Assembly (NCBI GenBank): GCA_034520965.1
Contig: JAXHMY010000001.1
Location: 768,001-832,000 of the forward strand
Direction: 5' to 3'
Origin: Spirochaetia bacterium
GTDB taxonomy: Bacteria > Spirochaetota > Spirochaetia > DSM-16054 > Sediminispirochaetaceae
DNA length: 64,000 bases
Part shown: positions 20,072-29,890 of the stretch, in pieces
Position numbering within the stretch: the stretch's first letter is position 1
How the letters are laid out: each line of letters opens with the position of its first letter
Translations under genes and position numbers: made by a program
Notes under the pieces: model-generated
Databases searched by the model: none
The model's input: the letters and a program-made list of their open reading frames with translations, nothing else
What the model was told of the DNA's origin: nothing

Positions 20072-21814
20072 GTGAAAAGAGAAAGCTTCAACCCTAATAC
20101 CCTGTATGTCCTCGCCGCCCTCCTGCTTAGTATAGGCTCCCTTTTTACGGAGTTCGTCCTTGCAGGTACTGTATATGCCCGGATTGCATGGTATGTAGAC
20201 TTCATTATCATGGCCTTGCTGATGGCCGAAATCATTTCGGATGCCCGCAGAGCGGCCAACCTGCAGGAGTACCTTAGGCGCAATATCCCCACTCTACTGT
20301 TTTTCGGGGCTTTCCTGTTGCTTTTTCTATACAGTAAAGTAACTTACGTGCTTATAGAGCAAAAGCGGATCGAGGATGTCTCGCGGGGAATAATAGTAGT
20401 TAGAAATACATTTATGCTGCTGAAGGTTTTCAGCCGTCTTAGGCGCCTCTCTTCTTTCTTCGAAAGTATTGCTACCCAGCCTGCGCAAACCATTCTCTTC
20501 AGCTTTCAGATGGTGATTCTGGGGGGTACACTTTTGCTGATGCTGCCCTTTACCACCACCACCGGGGAAGGGCTACCCTTTATTGACGCACTTTTTACCG
20601 CTACCTCGGCGGTGTGTGTAACCGGACTAATTGTCGTCGACACTGCAACCGCTTTTACTCTATGGGGACAGCTAATTATTTTAGTCCTTATTCAGATAGG
20701 CGGACTAAGTATAATGATAATCTCCTACTTCACTCTGTTTTCGATTCGGCAAAAGGTCTCGGTGCAGGACAAGCTGCTGCTGAGCTACATGTTAAGCGAG
20801 CAGAATATGAGCGCCCTGTCGAAACGAGTCAAAACAATCATCTACTCCACCTTTGCTATCGAGGCGATAGGAGCCCTTGTTCTATCCCTGGGCTTTCATA
20901 CCACCACCACAGACTGGCATTCTACCCTGTTACACTCGGTCTTTCATGCGGTGTCGGCATTCTGTAACGCCGGTTTTGCCCTATTCAGCGACAGTTTAGA
21001 AGGCTTTGCCGACAAGCCGCTGATTACACTAACCGTCGCTGTTTTAATAATTCTAGGCGGCATTAGTTTTGCAGTACTCACCGACTTTTACTCTATCCTC
21101 GGCAGCCGGATCAAGGCGTTGCTCAGGCCGACGTTCAAGATCAAGCGCCAAGTTTCACTGAACACGTATGTGGTCATAATTGCAACACCGGTACTACTAA
21201 TTGCAGGAATGCTGTTGTTCTACGGGCTGGAACATACGAATACCCTGGCTGAACTTCCCCTAGGCAGACAGTACCTGGCGGCCTTTTTTCAATCGGTCAC
21301 CCTGCGTACTGCAGGCTTCAATACGATTCCCATTGGGGCACTTCAGCGGGTGACCCTCCTAAGCCTAATCCCCTTTATGTTCATTGGTGCGGCCACCGGG
21401 AGTACTGCCGGCGGAATTAAGATTAACAATGTGGCGGTAATGTATGCCTACCTGAAATCGCTGGTACAAGGACAAGACTCAATCCTGCTGCGTGGCTACT
21501 CGCTGAGCCGCAGTCAGGTAAATAAGGCCTTTCTGGTTCTGTTTTTCGGTATTCTTGCCCTCTCCCTCAGCACCATCGTTCTTAGTGCAAGCGAGACCGC
21601 GCCGCTTGAGGAGTTGTTGTTTGAAGCTGTATCAGCCTTTGGAACGGTAGGTTTGTCGACCGGAATCACCGGAATGCTCAGCTTGACAGGTAAAATAGTT
21701 ATTATATTTTTAATGTTTATAGGGCGGCTGGGGCCTCTGACCATACTGGCCGCCGCTTCGCAGCCGGAAAAAAGCGTGCAGATCGCCTATCCGCGCGGAA
21801 ATATACTGCTATAA
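20072..21814 (+). CDS. ktrB: TrkH/KtrB-family K+ uptake membrane subunit with a ~130-aa N-terminal 4-TM extension
   Basis: Pore motifs TSAVCVTGL, SAFCNAGF, LRTAGF, SAFGTVGLS, and GRLGPLT. Confidence 0.9.
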   Translation: MKRESFNPNTLYVLAALLLSIGSLFTEFVLAGTVYARIAWYVDFIIMALLMAEIISDARRAANLQEYLRRNIPTLLFFGAFLLLFLYSKVTYVLIEQKRIEDVSRGIIVVRNTFMLLKVFSRLRRLSSFFESIATQPAQTILFSFQMVILGGTLLLMLPFTTTTGEGLPFIDALFTATSAVCVTGLIVVDTATAFTLWGQLIILVLIQIGGLSIMIISYFTLFSIRQKVSVQDKLLLSYMLSEQNMSALSKRVKTIIYSTFAIEAIGALVLSLGFHTTTTDWHSTLLHSVFHAVSAFCNAGFALFSDSLEGFADKPLITLTVAVLIILGGISFAVLTDFYSILGSRIKALLRPTFKIKRQVSLNTYVVIIATPVLLIAGMLLFYGLEHTNTLAELPLGRQYLAAFFQSVTLRTAGFNTIPIGALQRVTLLSLIPFMFIGAATGSTAGGIKINNVAVMYAYLKSLVQGQDSILLRGYSLSRSQVNKAFLVLFFGILALSLSTIVLSASETAPLEELLFEAVSAFGTVGLSTGITGMLSLTGKIVIIFLMFIGRLGPLTILAAASQPEKSVQIAYPRGNILL

Positions 21815-21828
21815 GGAGATAACTAATT

Positions 21829-22515
21829 ATGGATAAAGTGTTTGCGGTCATCGGGCTCGGCAGCTTCGGACGTCAGCTCTGTTCCACCTTTATTGAACGG
21901 GGAGCTTCGGTAATTGCCCTGGACAACCAGGCCGAACTAATCGACAAGGTAAAGGATGAAGTAACCCAGGCCATTCGGGTTGATTCCACCGACAATGAAT
22001 CCCTTGCTCAGGTCCCTTTTGAGGATGTGCAGACTGCGATAATAGCAATTGGTGAGAATATCGAAGCCAGCATCTTGACCACTGCTCTGTTAAAGCGCAA
22101 GGGCGTACCCTACATTCTGGCCCGGGCAGTATCCGAGCTGCACACACAAGTGCTGCGGCAGGTAGGGGCCGACGAGGTGGTGAACCTTGAAATAGATGAA
22201 GGGATAAAAATAGCCCAACGCCTGGCGGCCCCGGATATTTCGGACCGCTTTCAAATTGGCAGCGCCTTAAGCCTGGTAGAGATGAAACCGCCTAAGGCTA
22301 TCCAAGACAAACAGCTGCACAGCCTCGATCTGAGAAATCGTTACCGAATCAGCATCGTGGCCATTTACCGCAGTACACACTCGGTAGATGAGGTAGGTAA
22401 TCCGGTAAAAGAACAGACAGTTCTGTTTCCCGATCCCGGTACGGTGCTGGGGGAGCAAGATTCAATTTTGATAGTTGGAAAAAACGAAGATATCGATAAA
22501 TTCAGGGAGCTGTAA
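21829..22515 (+). CDS. ktrA: KtrA/TrkA RCK regulatory subunit
   Basis: VIGLGSFG Rossmann motif, AIIAIG, GADEVV, C-terminal RCK_C region. Confidence 0.9.
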   Translation: MDKVFAVIGLGSFGRQLCSTFIERGASVIALDNQAELIDKVKDEVTQAIRVDSTDNESLAQVPFEDVQTAIIAIGENIEASILTTALLKRKGVPYILARAVSELHTQVLRQVGADEVVNLEIDEGIKIAQRLAAPDISDRFQIGSALSLVEMKPPKAIQDKQLHSLDLRNRYRISIVAIYRSTHSVDEVGNPVKEQTVLFPDPGTVLGEQDSILIVGKNEDIDKFREL

Positions 22516-22516
22516 A

Positions 22517-23329
22517 ATGGTATTCGTCCCGCGTTTTCTTTTACATTTATTTGCCCTAATCTCCGGTACGGCTATTACTCTGCTGGGGCTGCTGGGCTAC
22601 TTTACCTTCTCCCGGCAGACAGTCTATACGGCGCTGCAGGCCAAGCTCACCGCCGAGTGGTTCCTGTTCGGCGCCCTTTTATCGCTGCTGCTATTGGGAA
22701 TCATCAGTGCCCGCATTATAGTTGTGCGCCGCAGAGTCCCACAAGAGTTGCAACGCATTCAAACAATGAGTTCCTACATTTCACTCTCGAGCCAATTAAA
22801 TTCTAAACGCCTCTACGAACTTGGCCCGCCCCTGGCAGAGCTATTTAAGCGAGTCACTTCCATCAATGAAAAACAGTCCCTTAAAATGAGTGCCCAGCAC
22901 GCACTCACCTCTTTTCTCTGCTCCAACATTAATGCAGCGCTGCTGATAAGCGATATCACCGGTAAGATTGTGTATGTGAGCATAATATACGAAGAGGAGT
23001 ACAAGACAGAACGAGCCAATCTGCTTGACAAAAATATAGAGAACCTGATACCCAACCTGTTTATGCACGAGGTCATCGCCAACATAGAAAAACAGCACAC
23101 CTACAAAAAAGAAAAACAGGACGATCTGAATTTTCGGGTATACCCAATCTACAACCACTCATCGCAAATAACCTATTTCGTCTTCGATGTAGGGGGCACC
23201 ACCGATTTCACCTCTACTTCAGGTACAGGACCCCACTCCACATCACTTGCCCACAAGGAAGAGAACTTCTCCAATCGCTTCTCCGGCAGATTGAAGAACT
23301 TCAGAAATTTGTGGAACTATACAAAATAG
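22517..23329 (+). CDS. Hypothetical 2-TM membrane protein with C-terminal PAS-like region
   Basis: ATG 1 bp after the ktrA stop. Two hydrophobic segments, then LLISDITGKIVYVS...LLDKNIENLIP (PAS-like pattern). Confidence 0.65.
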   Translation: MVFVPRFLLHLFALISGTAITLLGLLGYFTFSRQTVYTALQAKLTAEWFLFGALLSLLLLGIISARIIVVRRRVPQELQRIQTMSSYISLSSQLNSKRLYELGPPLAELFKRVTSINEKQSLKMSAQHALTSFLCSNINAALLISDITGKIVYVSIIYEEEYKTERANLLDKNIENLIPNLFMHEVIANIEKQHTYKKEKQDDLNFRVYPIYNHSSQITYFVFDVGGTTDFTSTSGTGPHSTSLAHKEENFSNRFSGRLKNFRNLWNYTK

Positions 23330-23382
23330 TGAGGTTGCCTACTACGTAGAGCAAGTAAGAGAGAGCCAGTGTTTTCCTTCCT

Positions 23383-23519
23383 CAGCGATTCTATAATTTG
23401 GAAGTCTTATGACTTCCAAATTAAATTCGCATCAAGTTGTTTAAATTTTATATATCTTAACTTTTGGAGGCATCTCACTTGGATAGTGTAATTACACTAT
23501 CCAAATTGAGAATTGCTGT
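23383..23519. repeat. REP/MITE-like palindromic repeat, copy 3 (apparently complete)
   Basis: Inverted termini CAGCGATTCT...AGAATTGCTG, left hairpin 23394-23423, and a perfect 26-bp palindrome TTGGATAGTGTAATTACACTATCCAA at 23479-23504. Confidence 0.85.
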
Positions 23520-23590
23520 TCTTTCCTTTACCGGCTTGATTCAATCTGCTAAGATTACCCAAGTTTGTACCTGTGAATAAGGAGAGGTGG

Positions 23591-24929
23591 ATGGAAAAAA
23601 ATAAAATGCAGCCGGCGAAACCTGCACAAGAGTTTATGCACAACCGTTCCATGACCGCAGCCCAGGTAGATATGGACCAGAGTGTGCAGTTTTTCCTTTC
23701 GGAGATGGAAAAGGGGCTCGCAGGCTCCGACTCATCGCTGCATATGACATCCCACTTACCTAAACTCTCAAGGAAATCTTCCCCTCAATACCCCGGTAAT
23801 AGTTTTAGATGCGGGGGGGACTAACTTTCGGGTTGCCCAAGTACAATTTAGCTCCGAAGGCAAGGCTCTTATTGAAAAATTTCAGAAGTTTTCAATGCCC
23901 GGTTCGCAAGGGTATATTAAACGGAATGAGTTTTTTGATACCATCGTAGGCTATATGAAGGAGGTCCTCGACTCCTGGAGCGGTGATACTCCTCCCCACA
24001 TAGGTTTCTGTTTCTCCTATCCCACCGAAATCACCCCCGACAAAGACGGCAAATTGCTTCATTTTTCGAAAGAAATAAACGCCCACGAAGTTGAGAGCGA
24101 GCTGATTGGAGCCAACCTCAACCAAGCCCTCACCCGGCAAGGATACGCTCCTCCGGCGGGAATAGTGCTGCTGAACGACACTGTGGCAACCCTGCTGGCC
24201 GGAAAATCAGCCTCCGCCGAACATCTATATAGCGCCTTCATCGGGTTTATTCTAGGCACCGGGACCAACAGCGCGTACGTAGAGCAGAATCGAAATATCG
24301 GCAAGCTTCCCCAGAATATAGGCTTCGAGTCTCAAATAATTAATATGGAATCCGGCGCATTCAATAAGCTTTCCGGAGGAACCATCGACGAAAATTTCGA
24401 TCAAACTACCAAGCGACCGGGATTTTACCGCTTTGAAAAAATGATTTCCGGAGCTTACCTTGGGCCGCTTGCCAGCCGAGTGCTTGAAGAAGCAGTCGAG
24501 GCGGGACTGTTTACCCCCAACACCGCAGCGGAGATAAAGACTATACTGCCACTGGATACGGTTATCACGGACCAGTTTCTCCACAATCCCTATTCCAAGG
24601 ACAACCCCCTGGCACAAGCCTGCAGTCACAGTGACGACCGAAGTATCTGCTTTTGCCTACTTGATACGGTTATAGAACGGGCCGCAAAGCTGGCGGCAGT
24701 AAATCTTTCGGCTACCATTCTAAAGGGAGATGCGGGGACCGACCCTGCATGTCCGGTAGCAGTATGCGCAGACGGTACTACCTTTTTCAAAACCAAAGAC
24801 CTTATGTTCCGAACCCGTTACTACCTGAAGCAATATCTGGAAAGCCGGCACGGTCGCTACATTGAAATTCTCCACCATGATGATGCCCCCATTATTGGAG
24901 CAGCGGTTGCGGCTCTTCTGAATCTGTAA
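23591..24929 (+). CDS. Eukaryote-type hexokinase, frameshifted near 23750
   Basis: After frame correction: LDAGGTNFRV, IGFCFSYP, LLNDTVATL, ILGTGTNSAY, INMESG, FEKMISGAYLG, ADGT, GAAVAA. Confidence 0.9.
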
Positions 24930-24944
24930 TAATAGCGTATACGG

Positions 24945-24987
24945 CAGCGATTCGCATCAATTTGTTTGCAAAATTTTATATCTCAAC
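24945..24987. repeat. REP/MITE-like repeat, copy 4 (hairpin deleted)
   Basis: CAGCGATTC joined directly to GCATCAATTTGTTTGCAAAATTTTATATCTCAAC, matching copy 1 without its stem-loop. Confidence 0.75.
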
Positions 24988-25099
24988 CGTTGCAAAATTA
25001 TTACAGAAACTAATACTTGGCATCTGCATACGGCGTTGGTCCATTATAATACACAGCAAAAACCATATTCTGAGAGGACAAGTGTATTAAGGAGGCACT

Positions 25100-26866
25100 A
25101 TGGCTAAACTTGATCCAACCAAGATGAAAGATTGGGAAATTGCAGCTGAGGCTGAAAAAGAGATGCATCGAATTTACGACATTGCCGATAAATTCGGTAT
25201 CAAAGAGGAAGAGCTACTTCCATACGGACACTACCTGGGTAAAGTTGATTACCGCAAGGTACTTGACCGAGTAGGAGACCGTCCGAACGGAAAATATATC
25301 GATGTGACGGCAATCACTCCCACCCCACTCGGTGAAGGGAAAACAACCACCACCCTTGGCCTGGTGCAGGGACTCGGAGCGATCGGCAAGAGTGTATCCG
25401 GTGCAATTCGTCAGCCCTCGGGCGGCCCTACCTTTAACATCAAGGGTTCGGCTGCGGGAGGCGGACTTGCCCAGGCGGTACCTTTGACCGACTTCAGCCT
25501 AGGACTCACCGGAGATATCGATGCAATCACTAACGCCCACAACCTGGGAATGGTTGCTCTTACCTCGCGCCTGCAGCACGAGTTCAACTACGGCGACAAA
25601 ACCCTGGAAAAGAAAAACTTGAAGCGGCTAAACATCGACCCCAACAATCCGGCGGTTGGATGGGTAATCGACTTTTCAGCTCAAGCCCTGCGTGAGATTA
25701 TAATCGGTATGGGTGGAAAGATGGACGGTTTCATGATGAAGTCCGGCTTCCAAATTACCGTTTCCTCCGAACTAATGGCTATACTATCGGTTGCCCGCGA
25801 TCTTAAAGATATGCGTGCCCGAATTGCAAAGATGGCCCTTGGCTACAACAAGAAGGGTGACCCGGTAACCGCGGGCGACCTGGAAGTTGACGGTGCAATG
25901 ACGGCTCTGATGGTGAAGGCGATCAATCCGACCCTTATGCAGACCATCGAAGGACAACCCATGCTGGTACATGCCGGCCCCTTCGCAAACATTGCCATCG
26001 GACAGTCTTCAATTATAGCCGACCGGGTTGGCCTCAAATTGGCCGACTACCACGTAACCGAAAGCGGTTTTGGCGCGGATATCGGCTTTGAGAAGTTCTG
26101 GAACCTGAAATCGCGGCAATCCGGCCTCACTCCAAACGCGGCAGTAATTGTTGCCACCGTCCGCGCCCTTAAAATGCACGGCGGCGGACCTAAGGTAGCC
26201 CCCGGCAAGCCCCTGGATGAGATGTACAGCCAGAACCATCCGGAGCTGGTCGAGAAGGGCGCTGAAAACCTGGTTGCCCACATCGAAACCGTCAAGAAAA
26301 GCGGCATTTCGCCGGTTGTATGTATTAACCATTTCTACACCGACAACGATGAGGAAATTGCAGCTATCAAGCGGACAGCAGAGGCAGCCGGAGCCCGGGT
26401 CGCAGTGTCGAAACACTGGGAAAAGGGCGGCGAAGGTGCCCGTGAACTGGCGGAGGTAGTAACCGAAGCCTGCGAGGAAACTCACGAGTTTAAGTTCCTC
26501 TATGATGAGACCACTTCCCAGAAAAAGCGCATCGAACTTATCGCAAAAGAGGTATACGGTGCCGACGGAGTCGAATACACTCCCGAGGCCGAGGCCAAGC
26601 TTAAAAAGGTTCAGGATAATCCTGAACTTGCCAATATGGGCATCTGTATGGCAAAAACACAGCTTAGTCTCTCCCACGATCCTGAACTAAAGGGCCGACC
26701 AAAAGGCTGGACCCTGCCGATTAAAGACGTGTATGTCTACCAGGGAGCTGAATTGATAGTCCCGGTAGCCGGCGGCATTAAATTGATGCCGGGAACCGCC
26801 TCTGATCCGGCCTATCGTCAAATTGATGTAGATACAGAAACCGGTTCGGTAACCGGGCTGTTCTAG
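25100..26866 (+). CDS. fhs: Formate--tetrahydrofolate ligase
   Basis: [52 protein letters not shown]. Confidence 0.97.
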   Translation: MAKLDPTKMKDWEIAAEAEKEMHRIYDIADKFGIKEEELLPYGHYLGKVDYRKVLDRVGDRPNGKYIDVTAITPTPLGEGKTTTTLGLVQGLGAIGKSVSGAIRQPSGGPTFNIKGSAAGGGLAQAVPLTDFSLGLTGDIDAITNAHNLGMVALTSRLQHEFNYGDKTLEKKNLKRLNIDPNNPAVGWVIDFSAQALREIIIGMGGKMDGFMMKSGFQITVSSELMAILSVARDLKDMRARIAKMALGYNKKGDPVTAGDLEVDGAMTALMVKAINPTLMQTIEGQPMLVHAGPFANIAIGQSSIIADRVGLKLADYHVTESGFGADIGFEKFWNLKSRQSGLTPNAAVIVATVRALKMHGGGPKVAPGKPLDEMYSQNHPELVEKGAENLVAHIETVKKSGISPVVCINHFYTDNDEEIAAIKRTAEAAGARVAVSKHWEKGGEGARELAEVVTEACEETHEFKFLYDETTSQKKRIELIAKEVYGADGVEYTPEAEAKLKKVQDNPELANMGICMAKTQLSLSHDPELKGRPKGWTLPIKDVYVYQGAELIVPVAGGIKLMPGTASDPAYRQIDVDTETGSVTGLF

Positions 26867-26884
26867 TAAAAATTAAAAACAGTC

Positions 26885-26921
26885 GGCCGTCTAAACTGAA
26901 AAGTCTAGGCGGCTTTTTTTT
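26885..26921 (+). terminator. Rho-independent terminator
   Basis: GGCCGTCTAAACT-GAAA-AGTCTAGGCGGCT plus T run after fhs. Confidence 0.8.
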
Positions 26922-27045
26922 AATGCAGGATGCCAGGGGCATGATGGATTTGATTTCATTATTTTAACAATTTAAGTATGCTATGCCTTCACACACAGCT
27001 CGTTTCATTATATAAACAAATTTAACTAAATTTTACATATAACTA

Positions 27046-27074
27046 TTGACACTATGTAGAAATTCTAACATTAT
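27046..27074 (+). promoter_or_regulatory. Putative sigma70 promoter of asd
   Basis: TTGACA-17 bp-CATTAT within an AT-rich leader. Confidence 0.55.
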
Positions 27075-27131
27075 GTTATCAATAAAACATATTGTTTTAT
27101 TTCAATACTTTTTCTACTGAGAGGTTGGTGT

Positions 27132-28256
27132 ATGGAACGTATACCCGTTGCAATTTTAGGAGCTACCGGAACTGTCGGGCAGAAGTTTATTACTCTTCTG
27201 CACGAGCACCCCTATTTTACCATTCGCGAATTGGTCGCATCTCCCCGGAACGAAGGTAAAACCTACCGAGAAGCCTGTGCCTGGAAACAGAACACAGCCA
27301 TTCCAAGCGAAATAGCTTCTATGAAATTGAAAACCACAGCTACACCTCTTACAAGCACCATTTTATTCTCCGGCCTTGATTCTTCAGTAGCCGGTGAGGT
27401 AGAGAGCAGTTATGCCGACCAGGGGCATATTATCATAAGTAACTCAAAGAACCATCGGATGGACCCCACAGTTCCTCTGGTAATTCCAGAGATAAATCCA
27501 GATCACTTCGCTCTGTTGGCCGATCAACGCTGGAAGGGAGCGGTAATCACAAACTCCAATTGCTCTACCATGTTCCTGGCAATGGCACTTGCCCCTATCG
27601 AAGAGACCTTCGGTATTACCGCCGTGCAAGTAAGCACTATGCAGGCAATTTCAGGCTCCGGTTATCCGGGAGTACCCTCGTACGACATAATAGGGAATGT
27701 TATTCCGTATATAAGTGGTGAAGAAGAGAAGATGGAAGAGGAAACCCAAAAAATTCTGGGAACCCTTGTAGACAACCGTATTCAGGATGCCGAATTCGCC
27801 GTCAGCGCGCAATGCAACCGGGTACCGGTGGTAGATGGACATACCGAAACTATCTCTATCGGCCTGCGTGAAAAGGCCACCCCCGAAGAAGTGAGCCGGG
27901 TTATGGCCGCCTTCCGCGGAATGCCGCAAAAGCTGCAGCTGCCCTCGGCACCACCCCAGCCGCTCTTACTGATGGAAGAAGCCGACCGGCCACAGCCGGC
28001 ACGGGATGTGTGGCTTGAAAATGGTATGGCAACCTTGGTCGGCCGCATCCGCACCTGCCCGGTATTGGACATCCGGATGGTAGTACTGGGGCATAATACA
28101 GTCAGAGGAGCTGCCGGAGCTGCGGTCCTGAATGCAGAGGCCCTGTATAAGCTTGGACTCTTAGGAGAAACCCCCGCCCAGGGCGTCGATATGCTGCAGT
28201 TTAAGCAAAGAGCCGCCGCTCTGCATGAGACCCACGCGCTTATCGGCCAACGATAG
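27132..28256 (+). CDS. asd: Aspartate-semialdehyde dehydrogenase
   Basis: ILGATGTVGQ, TNSNCST, MQAISGSG, CNRVPVVDGH, HNTVRGAAG. Confidence 0.95.
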   Translation: MERIPVAILGATGTVGQKFITLLHEHPYFTIRELVASPRNEGKTYREACAWKQNTAIPSEIASMKLKTTATPLTSTILFSGLDSSVAGEVESSYADQGHIIISNSKNHRMDPTVPLVIPEINPDHFALLADQRWKGAVITNSNCSTMFLAMALAPIEETFGITAVQVSTMQAISGSGYPGVPSYDIIGNVIPYISGEEEKMEEETQKILGTLVDNRIQDAEFAVSAQCNRVPVVDGHTETISIGLREKATPEEVSRVMAAFRGMPQKLQLPSAPPQPLLLMEEADRPQPARDVWLENGMATLVGRIRTCPVLDIRMVVLGHNTVRGAAGAAVLNAEALYKLGLLGETPAQGVDMLQFKQRAAALHETHALIGQR

Positions 28257-28268
28257 CCCATTCAATAC

Positions 28269-28301
28269 AAGAAGGCCGCTGGAATTATCCAGCGGCCTTT
28301 T
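28269..28301. terminator. Bidirectional terminator between asd and gdhA
   Basis: AAGGCCGCTGGA-ATTA-TCCAGCGGCCTT flanked by A and T runs between convergent genes. Confidence 0.8.
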
Positions 28302-28349
28302 ATCTTTTACAAAGTGCACCTACAGTAACGACTGAGTAAACGACAGGGC

Positions 28350-29684
28350 CTAGTAGCCCATATCCAGCATTGCATCGGCGACCTTCTTGAAGCCGGCTAT
28401 GTTGGCGCCCTTCGGATAATTCACATATCCGTCTTCAGTTCCTTCTTTTATGCATGCATCATGGATGTTGCCCATAATCTGCTTCAACTTCTCATCAACC
28501 TCTTCCTCGGGCCAGGAGAGTTTCATTGAGTTCTGTGACATCTCAAGACCGGACACCGCAACTCCGCCGGCATTGGCGGCTTTACCCGGTCCGAAGGGAA
28601 TTTTGGCTGCCAGAATTTTTTCTACCGCATCGGCGGTGCAGCCCATGTTGGAGGTTTCCACTACGTACTTTACCCCGTTGTTGATAAGCAGATCCGCATC
28701 CTCAGCGGTTAGCTCGTTCTGAATTGCACAGGGGAAGGCCATGTCAACCTTCACTTCCCAGGGCCTCTTGTTCGGTACAAACTTTGCACCAAACTTCTCG
28801 GCATAGGGGGCAACCACATCGTTATTGCTGGCCCGCAGCTCAAGCATGTAGTCCCATTTCTCCTGAGTATTCACTCCATCTTCGTCCAGAACGTATCCAT
28901 CCGGGCCGGAGATAGTAACCACTTTGGCACCTAACTGGGTGGCCTTTATACAGGCACCCCAGGCGACATTTCCAAAACCGGATACGGAGATTCGTTTATC
29001 CTTGAGGGTATCATTGTGGGCTTCTACCATATTTTTTGCAAAATAGAGGGCACCGAAGCCGGTAGCTTCCGGACGAATTACCGATCCGCCCCAGTTGCGG
29101 CCCTTTCCGGTGAGTATGCCGGTATTTTCAATTTGGAGGCGTTTGTAGGCACCATAAAGAAACCCAATTTCCCGGCCGCCCACACCAATGTCGCCGGCGG
29201 GTACATCGGTTTCCGGACCGATGTAGCGGTGCAGCTCGGTCATAAAGGAACGGCAAAATCGCATAATCTCGTTGTCTGATTTACCCTTTGGGTTAAAATC
29301 TGAACCGCCCTTTCCGCCGCCCATCGGCAGAGTTGTAAGGCTATTCTTGAAAATCTGCTCGAATCCCAGAAACTTCAGTCCCCCCAGGGTTACGCTGGGG
29401 TGGAATCGCAGACCACCCTTGTAAGGGCCTAGGGCATTGTTGAACTGGACTCTGTAGGCACGGTTTACGTGAACCTGCCCATCATCATCTTCCCATTCTA
29501 CTTTAAACTGAATAACCCTATCCGGTTCAGTGATACGCTCAAGAATTTTCGCATTTACATAGGCTGGATTCTCATTGACCGTATCAATGATTGTTTCAAC
29601 TACCTCCTTTGTCGCCTGAATAAATTCAGGTTCAGAAGGGTTTTTTCTTTCAATCTCTGCCATAAACTGATCTAAATTATACAT
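28350..29684 (-). CDS. gdhA: Glutamate dehydrogenase (GdhA type)
   Basis: GPYKGGLRFHPSV, PMGGGKGG, DVPAGDIGVG, RPEATG, SGFGNVA, ANAGGVAVS; GGAGG RBS before ATG 29684. Confidence 0.97.
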   Translation of the reverse strand: MYNLDQFMAEIERKNPSEPEFIQATKEVVETIIDTVNENPAYVNAKILERITEPDRVIQFKVEWEDDDGQVHVNRAYRVQFNNALGPYKGGLRFHPSVTLGGLKFLGFEQIFKNSLTTLPMGGGKGGSDFNPKGKSDNEIMRFCRSFMTELHRYIGPETDVPAGDIGVGGREIGFLYGAYKRLQIENTGILTGKGRNWGGSVIRPEATGFGALYFAKNMVEAHNDTLKDKRISVSGFGNVAWGACIKATQLGAKVVTISGPDGYVLDEDGVNTQEKWDYMLELRASNNDVVAPYAEKFGAKFVPNKRPWEVKVDMAFPCAIQNELTAEDADLLINNGVKYVVETSNMGCTADAVEKILAAKIPFGPGKAANAGGVAVSGLEMSQNSMKLSWPEEEVDEKLKQIMGNIHDACIKEGTEDGYVNYPKGANIAGFKKVADAMLDMGY

Positions 29685-29890
29685 AGTTTCCTCCGTCAAA
29701 TCGTATACCGGTAAATTTTGTACTATTACTTTATCCCGAATTTATTGGGCCGTCAAGTTTTTTCGTAAAGATAATTCTGTAATTTTACTTTTTCCGCAAT
29801 TTTAGTTATCTAAATCGTATTTTTACTCAATATTTAAGATAATGGAAACTGTAAACATAATATGTTATACTTACATTGAATCCCAGGGCT

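Noticed and set aside
3151..24987. Palindromic repeats as a CRISPR array
   Set aside because: Copies are kilobases apart and divergent, with no repeat-spacer periodicity and no cas genes.
26940..27130. Lysine riboswitch or T-box upstream of asd
   Set aside because: The leader is very AT-rich, lacks the conserved stems or motifs, and the candidate promoter is under 60 bp from the start codon.
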